The translations under genes were made by a program, and so were the position numbers. Below are positions 20,405 through 29,505 of a DNA stretch of 64,000 bases, one piece after another. The notes beneath the pieces were generated by a model. That model ran no database searches. It saw only the letters and a list, made by a program, of their open reading frames with translations, and was not told the origin of the DNA. Origin of the DNA: an uncultured virus (IMG/VR IMGVR_UViG_3300006919_000046) (taxonomy: Duplodnaviria; Heunggongvirae; Uroviricota; Caudoviricetes); IMG/VR virus record IMGVR_UViG_3300006919_000046; one strand, given 5' to 3'. How positions within the stretch are numbered: position 1 is the stretch's first letter; each line of letters starts with the position of its first letter.

Positions 20405-23014
20405 ATGATGGAAAAAAGATCTGACGCAGAATTTATGTCTAAAAAAATAAAATCTCCAAAAGAATTATTTGAAGAAAAAAGATTAGATCTTTTGGATGAA
20501 TTAGAATGCCAAAAAATAATTGAAGATAATAATGCAAATAATAAAAAATTATTAAGTCCAAAACTTTTATTCAATGATATAAAAATTGCGAAAGAAGTAG
20601 AAGTAGTTTTAGAAGACGACTATATTAAAGAAGAACCTGAGAAGAAAAATATAGAAGAATTGGTCTATAATATATCAAGTAACATAGATCAAATAAGAGA
20701 AAATATTGTAAGTACTGCAAAATACGATAGTAAAATTGATGAATTAAAATCTTATATTGATAGAATTAAAGAAGATAAATTTGATGCAACTTACATCTAC
20801 AAAAATCTTTTTATCTTAAGAGAAGAGATTGACGGTATCAGGTCTGAAATTCCAAAGATACCTGAACCAATCCTTTATGATGAGGATTTAGATCAACTTA
20901 GAAATGTAATTGTAGAAGTTAAGAATTCAATTCCAGTAGTTCCTGAAATCAAATATTATGATAGAGAGCTTGAAGAACTTCTGACTACAATTGATTCTAT
21001 TAAGAATCAGATTGAGAGTCTTCCTGAAGTAAAGTGTTATGATGAGCAGATTAGTAAGATTGAGCAAAGACTTGCGGAAGTTAATGCTTCAATTCCTGTA
21101 GTTCCTGAGATTAAGTATTATGATGAAAATATAATTCATCTCCATGAGAAGATAGATCAAGTAAACTCAAGTATTCCAACAATTCCTGAGTTTCCGGAAG
21201 TTAGGTATTATGATGATCAAATTGTTGAGATTGAGAGTAAGATTGGCGAATTAAAGGAATCTATCAATCTTCTTCCCGAACCAAAGTATTATGATGAAGA
21301 ACTTAATATCATCAGTCAAAAGATTGTTGAGATTAAGAATTCAATTCCGGAACTGCAGGTATTGCCTGAGGTAAAATGCTATGATGAGGAAATAGAATCA
21401 TTAAAGAGTAACTTTGATAGTCTATCTAAGAAAGTAATTTCTGCAAAGAAAACTGATAAGAAAGAGTTGGAAAAACTCTATGAAAATTATCAGAAAAGTA
21501 ATGCACTTTTAAATGATAAGATTAAGCATTTGGAAGAAATCTTTGAGCACTTTAATGAGTCTCAAAAAGAATATCTTCAAGAAACTATTACAGAACCTCC
21601 ACAAACTGACAATAAAGATCCTTTGACCCCATTGGATCAAAACTTTGTTACGTTTAAACAACTTCAAGAACATTACAGAACATTCATCAATAGAATTCAA
21701 CATCAGTTGTCTACTCTTGGTGGTGGCGGAGAAACACAACTTAAATATCTGGATGATGTTGTTGGTATTGCAACAAATCCATCTGCGTATAATGGTAAGT
21801 TTCTGAAATATGATCATCCTTCACGTAAGTTTGTATTTGAAACTGTTGTAGGTGGTGGTGGAGGCGGTGGTGCTGATCTTGATGCTTTTTCTGTAACAGT
21901 AGGTTCTCCAGGAACAGCAAATCTTTCTTATGATGATACCACTGGTGTTTTCACTTACACTCCACCCAATTTGGTTGGATATGTCACCGAAACTTATGTA
22001 AACAATCTTGTTTCCATATCTACATTCTCTGGAAACTACAATGATCTTACCAACACACCAGTAGGATTAAGTTCTTTCTCAAATGATTTGGGATTTATTA
22101 CTGCTGCATCTCTTGTTGGTCACGCAACAGAAGGTTACGTTTTACAGCACGTTGCAGTATCTACATTCTCCGGAAACTACAACGATCTTACCAACACACC
22201 AGTAGGATTAAGTTCATTTAGTAATGATGTAGGATTTGTAACTTCTAGTATTGTTGTAGGATATGCAACAGAAGGATATGTAAACAACTTAGTTTCCATA
22301 TCTACATTCTCGGGTGACTATAACGACCTTGTAAACACACCAACTTCATTAAGTTCATTTAGTAATGATGTTGGTTTTGTAACTTCTAGTGTAGTTACAG
22401 GATATGCAACAGAAGGATATGTAAACAACTTAGTTTCTATATCCACATTCTCGGGAGACTATGGAGACTTAACGAATACTCCAACGGCATTAAGTTCTTT
22501 CTCAAATGACGTAGGATTTGTAACATCTAGTATTGTGGTTGGTTATGCAACAGAAGGATATGTAAACAACTTAGTTTCTATATCCACATTCTCTGGTGAC
22601 TATACTGATTTGACAAATGCACCAACGGGGTTAAGTGCCTTTGTCGATGATGTTGGATATGCCACCGTTGCTGGTGGTTCTATGAATCTTTCTGACATTC
22701 TTGGAATAGGAACAGCAGTAACTCAATTATCGACTCTTACCACATCCACAATAGATTCATTCCCAATATCAACATATAGATCTGCTAGATACCAAGTTCA
22801 AATATCACAAGGAAATGATTATCAATGTACGGATTTGTTAGTCATTCACAATGATTCTACTGCAAGTTTGGTTGAGAGTGGATCTGTTGCAACCAATAAC
22901 TATCTTGCCACATTCTCAACAACAATAAGTGGGTCAAATTTACTTTTACAAGTTGATATGGCAAATGCAACATCAGCAGAAATAAAGGTTGTAAAATATG
23001 CAGTTACTGTATAA
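20405..23014 (+). CDS. Large repeat-containing, probably virion/fibre-associated protein
   Basis: Multiple PE[V/I]KYYD coiled-coil repeats, then LSTLGGGGE..LDDV, five 47-aa repeats, and a fibre-like C-terminal domain (YRSARYQVQI). Confidence 0.65.
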   Translation: MMEKRSDAEFMSKKIKSPKELFEEKRLDLLDELECQKIIEDNNANNKKLLSPKLLFNDIKIAKEVEVVLEDDYIKEEPEKKNIEELVYNISSNIDQIRENIVSTAKYDSKIDELKSYIDRIKEDKFDATYIYKNLFILREEIDGIRSEIPKIPEPILYDEDLDQLRNVIVEVKNSIPVVPEIKYYDRELEELLTTIDSIKNQIESLPEVKCYDEQISKIEQRLAEVNASIPVVPEIKYYDENIIHLHEKIDQVNSSIPTIPEFPEVRYYDDQIVEIESKIGELKESINLLPEPKYYDEELNIISQKIVEIKNSIPELQVLPEVKCYDEEIESLKSNFDSLSKKVISAKKTDKKELEKLYENYQKSNALLNDKIKHLEEIFEHFNESQKEYLQETITEPPQTDNKDPLTPLDQNFVTFKQLQEHYRTFINRIQHQLSTLGGGGETQLKYLDDVVGIATNPSAYNGKFLKYDHPSRKFVFETVVGGGGGGGADLDAFSVTVGSPGTANLSYDDTTGVFTYTPPNLVGYVTETYVNNLVSISTFSGNYNDLTNTPVGLSSFSNDLGFITAASLVGHATEGYVLQHVAVSTFSGNYNDLTNTPVGLSSFSNDVGFVTSSIVVGYATEGYVNNLVSISTFSGDYNDLVNTPTSLSSFSNDVGFVTSSVVTGYATEGYVNNLVSISTFSGDYGDLTNTPTALSSFSNDVGFVTSSIVVGYATEGYVNNLVSISTFSGDYTDLTNAPTGLSAFVDDVGYATVAGGSMNLSDILGIGTAVTQLSTLTTSTIDSFPISTYRSARYQVQISQGNDYQCTDLLVIHNDSTASLVESGSVATNNYLATFSTTISGSNLLLQVDMANATSAEIKVVKYAVTV
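21977..22666 (+). repeat. Five tandem 141-bp coding repeats
   Basis: Units start at 21977, 22118, 22259, 22400 and 22541 (G[Y/H]xTExYV...STFSGxYxDLTNTP). Confidence 0.9.
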
Positions 23015-23015
23015 T

Positions 23016-23044
23016 TTGACTTTTTTCTTATTTTGTTTTATAAT
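23016..23044 (+). promoter_or_regulatory. sigma70-type early promoter
   Basis: TTGACT-17 bp-TATAAT, followed by GGAGG and an ATG at 23064. Confidence 0.75.
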
Positions 23045-23063
23045 TTAATTTTGGAGGAATAGT

Positions 23064-23192
23064 ATGGCAACACGTACATATGTAAGTACCAAAGGTGACA
23101 CTTGGGAATGGGAAGAAACTCCCGAATCTGTGAAAGCACTTGAGATCTATTGGCACAATGTAGAACTAAACAAAGAGAAAACTGAAAGTTAA
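23064..23192 (+). CDS. Small hypothetical protein (42 aa, not in track)
   Basis: MATRTYVSTKGDTWEWEETPES...; promoter and RBS upstream. Confidence 0.65.
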   Translation: MATRTYVSTKGDTWEWEETPESVKALEIYWHNVELNKEKTES

Positions 23193-23416
23193 TGACACTC
23201 TCAAAGAATACACTTGACCATTTACTTGATGCAGAATCTGCACTCAGGTCTGCAATCAAATCAGCTGCAACAAATGAAAAACCTTTGGTGATTCAACAAA
23301 TCTCAAAGGTTCTTTATGATATTGAAAAACTGAAAAAGTTTGAAAACATTTTAGATATGCTTGAAGACAGAAAACCAGGCAGCAGTGGAAACTTTGGACC
23401 ATTCTTTACTGATTAA
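23192..23416 (+). CDS. Small hypothetical cyanophage protein
   Basis: TAATG coupling with the upstream ORF. Confidence 0.7.
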   Translation: MTLSKNTLDHLLDAESALRSAIKSAATNEKPLVIQQISKVLYDIEKLKKFENILDMLEDRKPGSSGNFGPFFTD

Positions 23417-23450
23417 GATATTTTAACCAATCCCAAAGAAAACATTAAGA

Positions 23451-23672
23451 ATGCTAAGTTCTGCATTAAATACTGATAGAATGTTAGGGTATTCTGACAC
23501 AACCATGACAATTACTCCTCCTAGCGGCAAAACAAAATTATCAGAAGAAGAGTGGAATGAATTGGTTGCACTTAAGGATGCAATCAATCAATATCCTCAG
23601 GCAGTTTGCCCTTCACGAATGGAAAGGTTTACTGAGTATTTGGTGCGAAGTATGAAAGAAAAAGGTGGTTAA
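23451..23672 (+). CDS. Small hypothetical protein (probable start ~23505)
   Basis: ORF upstream of cp12. Confidence 0.55.
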   Translation: MLSSALNTDRMLGYSDTTMTITPPSGKTKLSEEEWNELVALKDAINQYPQAVCPSRMERFTEYLVRSMKEKGG

Positions 23673-23703
23673 TTAAAAATAAATATAAGAAACAAAAAGA
23701 CAA

Positions 23704-23916
23704 ATGGAAAACATCGACAAACATATTGAAAAGGATCAATCTATCCTTGACAATCCAATGATTTCTGCACAGTCTCGCAGGCATACTGAAGAGGAATTAG
23801 AAGCTCTTAAAGAATACAAAAAGAATCATCCAAATGATGACCACGATCCAACTCCATTAGAACTTTATTGTGATGCAAACCCCGATGCACTTGAATGTAG
23901 AGTTTATGATGACTGA
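23704..23916 (+). CDS. cp12: CP12 Calvin-cycle inhibitor (cyanophage short form)
   Basis: C-terminal LELYCDANPDALECRVYDD with the Cys pair; EEELEAL core. Confidence 0.92.
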   Translation: MENIDKHIEKDQSILDNPMISAQSRRHTEEELEALKEYKKNHPNDDHDPTPLELYCDANPDALECRVYDD

Positions 23917-24149
23917 GCCACTTAAAGTGTCCTAATTGTGTAGAGTTCAATGAGCATTCTTCTTGCTTGCATGATATACCTAGGAATTGTGTCAGTAACG
24001 TCACTAATCCTAGGTTTTTATTTTAAGAAAATTAGACCAAATGATGAAAGAAAATTTGAACAAAGAACAACCGACAGATTCCGAAATTGAATTTTGGAAA
24101 ATGATTGAAGAAGAAGCTTCAAAACTACAAGTCTCTGAACCCTATTATC

Positions 24150-24178
24150 TTGAAGAATTTTACAATCTCTGATATAAT
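24150..24178 (+). promoter_or_regulatory. sigma70-type promoter with extended -10
   Basis: TTGAAG-17 bp-TATAAT, with TG just upstream of the -10. Confidence 0.6.
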
Positions 24179-24201
24179 CACTAAGTAATTTTTATTCGAT
24201 A

Positions 24202-24447
24202 ATGGCACAAAAGTATTTGTATCTTGTTAATTACTGGGTTCCTTTTCCAAGTTCTGAGTATGGAGGATTGATTGCAGTTGTTGCTGAGAATGACAATCAA
24301 TGTCACGATGTTTTGATTGATTGGCGTGATGAATGTGAGAGTTCTTATGATGATCGGATTCAGGAAAATGTTTATCGAGCAACACGTTTGGAATTAAGTA
24401 ATGAAGCGAACGAAGAAATCGGAATCGTTGATTCTTTCCTTACCTGA
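24202..24447 (+). CDS. Small hypothetical cyanophage protein
   Basis: YWVPFPSSEYGG motif; follows a promoter. Confidence 0.7.
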   Translation: MAQKYLYLVNYWVPFPSSEYGGLIAVVAENDNQCHDVLIDWRDECESSYDDRIQENVYRATRLELSNEANEEIGIVDSFLT

Positions 24448-24721
24448 ATCATTCAAACACACAGCACCAGAGGGTTACAGTTATGAAGTTGAAGAATTTA
24501 AACGCAACATCATTGCTATTTGGATTCGCAATCATTATAAATTTGTTTACAACGATGGTGCTAGTGCGCGAAGTATTTGGGGATTCTTCAACACCAAAAC
24601 CGAATCCTATCACGCCCCTATTAACTCCTCCAAGTGCGGAGATTCGGTAGAGTTTGGGAATACTTCTCCATACTCAGCTATGAAACCAAAACTAACTCCA
24701 CTTGAACTTGCATATGTATGA
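24401..24721 (+). CDS. Hypothetical cyanophage protein
   Basis: HTAPEGYSYE...IWGF...TSPYSAM. Confidence 0.65.
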   Translation: MKRTKKSESLILSLPESFKHTAPEGYSYEVEEFKRNIIAIWIRNHYKFVYNDGASARSIWGFFNTKTESYHAPINSSKCGDSVEFGNTSPYSAMKPKLTPLELAYV

Positions 24722-24965
24722 ACCAAAAGTAAATGACTATGTTCTGTGGAAACAGAGTGTTGGTGTTGACATTGAAGGATGGATTTACTTCAAATGTAAA
24801 GATTATCTCACCATTGAAATCAATGTAAAACCAAAACCTGAAGAAGATCTAGTACATTCAGGATTACATCGAAATGAAAGAACCCTGATTCTCTGTTACA
24901 ATCAATCATGGAAAGACTTAAAATTTGTTAAGTCTAGGGAATCAGTCTACGATAAGGTAAACTGA
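24702..24965 (+). CDS. Hypothetical protein (probable start 24714)
   Basis: Stop codon is the TGA of repeat copy 4. Confidence 0.65.
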   Translation: MNLHMYEPKVNDYVLWKQSVGVDIEGWIYFKCKDYLTIEINVKPKPEEDLVHSGLHRNERTLILCYNQSWKDLKFVKSRESVYDKVN

Positions 24966-25007
24966 GCCACTTAAAGTGTACCAACAGTGTAAGGAACAAA
25001 CGAAACT

Positions 25008-25145
25008 ATGAATCCTTTCGACGACATTCAAATTGAAGAGCTTGAAAACTTTGATTACATCTCCGATGATGATTTTGCCGAACTCTATGAAGATGCTAGC
25101 AATTTCAATCTGAATGATTACATCAACGGAAACTACGATTACTAA
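25008..25145 (+). CDS. Highly acidic 45-aa protein (not in track)
   Basis: MNPFDDIQIEELENFDYISDDDFAELYEDASNFNLNDYINGNYDY; first ORF after repeat copy 4. Confidence 0.65.
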   Translation: MNPFDDIQIEELENFDYISDDDFAELYEDASNFNLNDYINGNYDY

Positions 25146-25146
25146 A

Positions 25147-25350
25147 ATGCCACTCTCCAATCAAACAGTTTCTAACATTGCTGATGCTCTGAAGAATGAT
25201 GTTTTGGAACACATCTATGCAAATGAGACCTATGCCTCTATGATGCAACAACTAGTGTGTGAGGCACTTGATGCTACGATGGGTGAAATGGACGATGATC
25301 TCTATTTCGACCTTGCAATGGTTCTCTTTGATCGTATCGAACTCAAATGA
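25147..25350 (+). CDS. Small acidic hypothetical protein
   Basis: MPLSNQTVSNIADALK...; ATG directly follows the previous stop. Confidence 0.65.
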   Translation: MPLSNQTVSNIADALKNDVLEHIYANETYASMMQQLVCEALDATMGEMDDDLYFDLAMVLFDRIELK

Positions 25351-25489
25351 AAACCTCCTACATCTTTCTTGCATTCATAGGCATTCTGATGTATAATGCC
25401 TTTCTTGCAAACCGAGATAGTAAAATGCTTGAGGCATATGATAAAATCTGTGCCGAACAAATTTCTAACCCTAACTGTATCTACGCAAA

Positions 25490-25645
25490 ATGACTCCTGA
25501 CACTCTGAACTTTAATGGCGATGCTACCACCATCCTTGGTTTTGTTGGTGTTCTTTCAACGCTTCTCATTGTTGTTACTTGCTTCCGTTCATACTGGCGC
25601 AGTCCTTACAATGTTCGAGTGAATACCAACAAAGAAGATAACTGA
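25490..25645 (+). CDS. Small single-TM protein (51 aa, not in track)
   Basis: ILGFVGVLSTLLIVVTCF hydrophobic helix; stop is the TGA of repeat copy 5. Confidence 0.6.
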   Translation: MTPDTLNFNGDATTILGFVGVLSTLLIVVTCFRSYWRSPYNVRVNTNKEDN

Positions 25646-25685
25646 GCCACTTAAACTGTTCTAGTATTACAATCACCAAACAACA

Positions 25686-25880
25686 ATGACCGACACTGTT
25701 AATGTTCTGCCTCACATGTTTGAACTTCGTGATGCTTGGAGGAAACAAAATTTCAAGTACACTAAAGAACAACAAGAGCAATATGATATGCTTGTTGTAG
25801 CACGACGTGAACGAGTTAAGTATTTTTATGATGAGGGACTTGTTGCAAGTCCGAGGAAAGAAAAGAAAACTGAAGATTGA
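25686..25880 (+). CDS. Small hypothetical protein
   Basis: First ORF after repeat copy 5. Confidence 0.7.
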   Translation: MTDTVNVLPHMFELRDAWRKQNFKYTKEQQEQYDMLVVARRERVKYFYDEGLVASPRKEKKTED

Positions 25881-25887
25881 ACCAGTT

Positions 25888-25917
25888 GAGGGGCTGTCCA
25901 CAGTCCCTCTCTTTTTT
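25888..25917 (+). terminator. Intrinsic terminator
   Basis: GAGGGGCTG-TCCA-CAGTCCCTC followed by TCTTTTTT. Confidence 0.75.
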
Positions 25918-25937
25918 GCTTGTGATGAATTAGGATT

Positions 25938-25945
25938 TATAAATA
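25938..25945 (+). promoter_or_regulatory. T4-type late promoter TATAAATA
   Basis: Exact consensus upstream of 25968. Confidence 0.75.
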
Positions 25946-25967
25946 ATAAGAAATCTCTCTTATTCTG

Positions 25968-26564
25968 ATGAAGACCTTCTCTCAATTTTGTGCCGAAGCA
26001 TATGATGCTGATGTAATGGGTTCTTCCCAAATTAGAAAAACTGGGGAAGGTGGAAGAGTAGGATCTGACAGGAGACTGTCTGATGCAGAAACTAGAAGAA
26101 GAAAGAGAGTTGGTGGTGGTAAAACGGAACCAGCAAAAAGATATAGTGACCGCAAAGATATTGGAACCCAAAGATCAAGTTCTGAAAGACAGCAACAACC
26201 AACACAGGAAAGAGGTTCTGCTGAGGTTAAGCAATCATATGCAGATAAAGTAAAGGCAGAAAGAAGAGCTGCAGCAAGAAAAAGAGCAGCGGAAAAGGCA
26301 TCTGGAGGAACTGCATCAACTTCTTCAAAACCAAAATCACGCGATTTAGATAAAGAAGGAAGTAAACTCCTTTCTAAGAAGAAACCAGCTCCTGAAAGAG
26401 AGAAGCAGGTAAAGATGACAAAAGGTGAATATACTAGAGATGAGAAGAGAAGAATTAAGAGAGAAGGTAGAAGAAAACTGAGAGATTTGGTTCTTCAATC
26501 AACAGGCAAAAAGAAAGAGAGTGAACTGAAGAACAAGTACACATCATCTGGCGACGAGAGCTGA
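25968..26564 (+). CDS. Basic protein, probable internal head protein
   Basis: N-terminus MKTFSQFCAE resembles the T4 capsid-targeting sequence MKTYQEFIAE. K/R-rich; late promoter upstream. Confidence 0.6.
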   Translation: MKTFSQFCAEAYDADVMGSSQIRKTGEGGRVGSDRRLSDAETRRRKRVGGGKTEPAKRYSDRKDIGTQRSSSERQQQPTQERGSAEVKQSYADKVKAERRAAARKRAAEKASGGTASTSSKPKSRDLDKEGSKLLSKKKPAPEREKQVKMTKGEYTRDEKRRIKREGRRKLRDLVLQSTGKKKESELKNKYTSSGDES

Positions 26565-26609
26565 AACTGAGCCACTTAAAGTGTCCCAGTAGTAGATACG
26601 GAACACTTA

Positions 26610-26840
26610 ATGATCATCTCTGAAAAAACTATCATCTCCCAAGGATTTCCCATCACTGTTACCACTGTTGATGGATTGGATCGCATTGAGATTAACAACA
26701 AACTGCACGCCTTGAATGTTGAAATGGATAAACTAAAAGCAAAGCAGATTGCTCTGATTGAAATGCGAAATGCAATGGATCGCAAACTGGAAATGGATCA
26801 GATGGGCGACGATCTCTTCGATGAACTGTTCGGTGGTTGA
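26610..26840 (+). CDS. Small coiled-coil hypothetical protein
   Basis: Single gene between repeat copies 6 and 7. Confidence 0.7.
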   Translation: MIISEKTIISQGFPITVTTVDGLDRIEINNKLHALNVEMDKLKAKQIALIEMRNAMDRKLEMDQMGDDLFDELFGG

Positions 26841-26891
26841 TAACAACTGAGCCACTTAAACTGTCCTTATAGTATAATCACACACAAAACA

Positions 26892-27311
26892 ATGGCAACC
26901 CGCTCCCGCATTGGTATCGAACTCAAAGACGGTTCTATTCTTTCTGCTTATCACCACTATGATGGTTATCCTGAGTGGTTGGGTCGTATTCTCATCACAC
27001 ACTACAACACTAAGGATAAAGTATCCGAACTGATTGACGGTGGTGATATGAGTTCTTGCTGGTCTAATCGCACTTGGGAGGGTAAACTTCCTGTGGGTCA
27101 ATATGCTCCTGAGTATTATTCTCAACGGGCATCAGATACTCCTCCACGCCTTGATGCTGACCTTGCAGAGTATTTGCTGCCCGATAACAGCGAAGAGTTT
27201 GCATATGTCTTCCGCAATGGTGAATGGGTATGTTATGATATGCACCAGTTTGATGATAGAAAACCGCTGCCTGAGGTTGTTGAGATTCCCAGCAGCGCAC
27301 TTGCTGTTTGA
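26892..27311 (+). CDS. Conserved hypothetical phage protein (HxDGYP motif)
   Basis: MATRSRIGI...YHHYDGYPEWLG...EEFAYVF; single gene between repeat copies 7 and 8. Confidence 0.75.
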   Translation: MATRSRIGIELKDGSILSAYHHYDGYPEWLGRILITHYNTKDKVSELIDGGDMSSCWSNRTWEGKLPVGQYAPEYYSQRASDTPPRLDADLAEYLLPDNSEEFAYVFRNGEWVCYDMHQFDDRKPLPEVVEIPSSALAV

Positions 27312-27442
27312 GAGTCATCTGGAAGGCGCTACAATGCCTTCCTTTCATATTTTAGGACTCATCCTACATTTACACATTTAATTGGGTGTGTTAGGATTAC
27401 TGAGCCACTTAAAGTGTCCCTATAGTATAAGCGATTGATTAA

Positions 27443-28633
27443 ATGATTCCACTTCTTCGCCCACATCAGCAACGCGGTGTTGATGCAATGGTTGCCCATA
27501 TGAAGGGGCAGTTGATTATGCCTACTGGTGCAGGCAAGACTCTCACAATGATTACTGATGCTAAGGCACAGATTGACAACATTGGTGCCACCACCATTGT
27601 TGTTGTTTGCCCTCGTATTTTGCTTGCAGAGCAACTCTGTAGCGAATTTCTTGAGGTTATCGACACCAAGAATGTGCACGTAATGCACGCTCACAGTGGT
27701 GAAACTTCTCACTTCAGCAGCACCAACCCCAAGCAAATTCATATGTTTGCTAATGTTGCCCGCACGGCTGGTGATGCTTGCATTATCTTCACGACCTACA
27801 ATTCTCTTGATCGTTTGCGTCAAGCAGACATCGAAGTGAACACCATTTACTTTGATGAGGCACACAATTCTGTAAAGCGTAACTTCTTTGCTCCTACAGA
27901 GTTCTTCTCTGGCGATGCAGAACGTTGCTACTTCTTTACTGCAACCCGCAAGACTTCTGTCACTATCAACAAACCTGGTATGAACGATGTTGAGGTTTAT
28001 GGTGACATTATTTGTCGCGTTTCTGCACCTGAACTGGTGGAGGGTGGTTACATCATTCCTCCTAAGATTCAGGCAAAGAAGTTTGACATTCACAAGGCAA
28101 AACAAATCAATCCTAACATTGATTGTGCCAATGTTTTGGACACGATTGATGACACTGACACCAAGAAGATTCTTGTTTGTGTTAAGACTAGCAAGCAACT
28201 GATGAACCTGATGGGATTCACTGATTTTGCTTCTGAATTACAACAACGTGGTTACTCTTATCTCTACATCACTAGCAAGACTGGTGCTGTAATTGACGGC
28301 AAGAAAGCTAACCGAGAGGAGTTCTTCAACACTCTCAATGCTTGGGGTAAAGATCCTAGCAAGAAGTTTGTTGTTCTTCACCGTTCTATTCTCTCTGAGG
28401 GTATCAACGTGAGCGAATTGGAGACTGTTGTTTTCCTTCGCAATATGGACACCATCGAAATGGTTCAAACCATCGGCCGTGTCCTGCGTTTGGGTAGCGA
28501 TACCAAGAAGTTTGGTCTTTGTGTTGTACCTGTGTATTCCCAGGTTGGTATCAGCACCGAGCGAGCATTGCAGAACGTTGTTGATACCGTATTTCATAAA
28601 GGTGAGATGTTGGATTCTGTTGTGCGGAGGTGA
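27443..28633 (+). CDS. SF2 DEAH-box helicase (type III restriction Res-like)
   Basis: MPTGAGKT (Walker A), FDEAH, FTAT, LSEGINV and QTIGRVLR. Confidence 0.9.
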   Translation: MIPLLRPHQQRGVDAMVAHMKGQLIMPTGAGKTLTMITDAKAQIDNIGATTIVVVCPRILLAEQLCSEFLEVIDTKNVHVMHAHSGETSHFSSTNPKQIHMFANVARTAGDACIIFTTYNSLDRLRQADIEVNTIYFDEAHNSVKRNFFAPTEFFSGDAERCYFFTATRKTSVTINKPGMNDVEVYGDIICRVSAPELVEGGYIIPPKIQAKKFDIHKAKQINPNIDCANVLDTIDDTDTKKILVCVKTSKQLMNLMGFTDFASELQQRGYSYLYITSKTGAVIDGKKANREEFFNTLNAWGKDPSKKFVVLHRSILSEGINVSELETVVFLRNMDTIEMVQTIGRVLRLGSDTKKFGLCVVPVYSQVGISTERALQNVVDTVFHKGEMLDSVVRR

Positions 28634-28637
28634 TTGA

Positions 28638-28674
28638 AATGACACAACTATATAAATAAATCAGTTGTGTCATT
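28638..28674 (+). promoter_or_regulatory. Late promoter TATAAATA in the loop of a 12-bp hairpin
   Basis: AATGACACAACT (28638-49) pairs with AGTTGTGTCATT (28663-74); TATAAATA at 28651; ATG at 28678. Confidence 0.8.
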
Positions 28675-28677
28675 CTT

Positions 28678-29118
28678 ATGAGTAAGAACACTGGTGCAGA
28701 TTGGCACCGAAACAAATACCAAAATGATGAAACTTACAGGGAGGAAAAACTTGAAAGGAACAGTGAATGGGCAAAGAAAAATAGAGCTTACAAGACAGAA
28801 AAACTCAGAGAACTTCGCAAGAAAAAGAGGCAGCAACTTGTTGAGCATCTGGGTGGAGTCTGTGTAGGGTGTAGAACGACAGAAAACCTTCAGTTTGACC
28901 ACATCAACCGAGCAGACAAAGCATACACTATTGGAAAAATCATCGACTGGGATATGTCTAGAATTATTCCAGAAGTTGAGAAATGCCAATTACTCTGCAA
29001 GGAGTGTCATCGTATCAAAACCAGAGCAAATCACGACAATGCAGAACTCTTGAAAGAATGCACTCTAGAGAGTATAGTGGATGATGGAAAAACCATCACC
29101 ATCATCTACAGGCGGTGA
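28678..29118 (+). CDS. HNH endonuclease (Zn-binding)
   Basis: CVGC...LQFDHIN...KCQLLCKECHRIKT. Confidence 0.85.
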   Translation: MSKNTGADWHRNKYQNDETYREEKLERNSEWAKKNRAYKTEKLRELRKKKRQQLVEHLGGVCVGCRTTENLQFDHINRADKAYTIGKIIDWDMSRIIPEVEKCQLLCKECHRIKTRANHDNAELLKECTLESIVDDGKTITIIYRR

Positions 29119-29236
29119 GTCTCACCCAAGACTCAAGTGGCCATCAGGGGTAAAACCCCGATTTTTTTGCAATTTCACTGCACAGACCCTATGGGGCATC
29201 CGCCCCAACAAAAATCACGATTTTTTTGAAAGTATC

Positions 29237-29455
29237 ATGAACCAACCAACTAATTCAAGCATTCTTGACTCAAACCCACCCCAAAATGGATTTATTGTTG
29301 ATGGTGGAATCTATGCAGCAGTTCCTTACTGTAACCGATTGATGATCATTCACAATGGCAAGCAGCTTAAAGTGTGCACAACGGAGGAATCTGCCCGCAA
29401 GTTTATTCAAAAACATCGTAGAGGTAAGAGTGTTGCTAAACTTCCGATTGATTGA
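29237..29455 (+). CDS. Small hypothetical cyanophage protein
   Basis: Likely true start within track ORF 29081..29455 (MNQPTNSSIL...YAAVPY...IIHNGKQ). Confidence 0.6.
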   Translation: MNQPTNSSILDSNPPQNGFIVDGGIYAAVPYCNRLMIIHNGKQLKVCTTEESARKFIQKHRRGKSVAKLPID

Positions 29456-29505
29456 TGATACTGAGCCACTTAAAGTGTTGTAGTAGTACAAGGAACAAAC
29501 TTGCA

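Noticed and set aside
23451..23672. Possible NblA homologue next to cp12
   Set aside because: Only a vague LSxE start; the LEQxF motif and helix pattern of NblA are missing.
29452..29505. N-terminal extension of the MutH-like ORF
   Set aside because: It is a translation of repeat copy 9; ATG 29506 matches the usual repeat-to-start distance.
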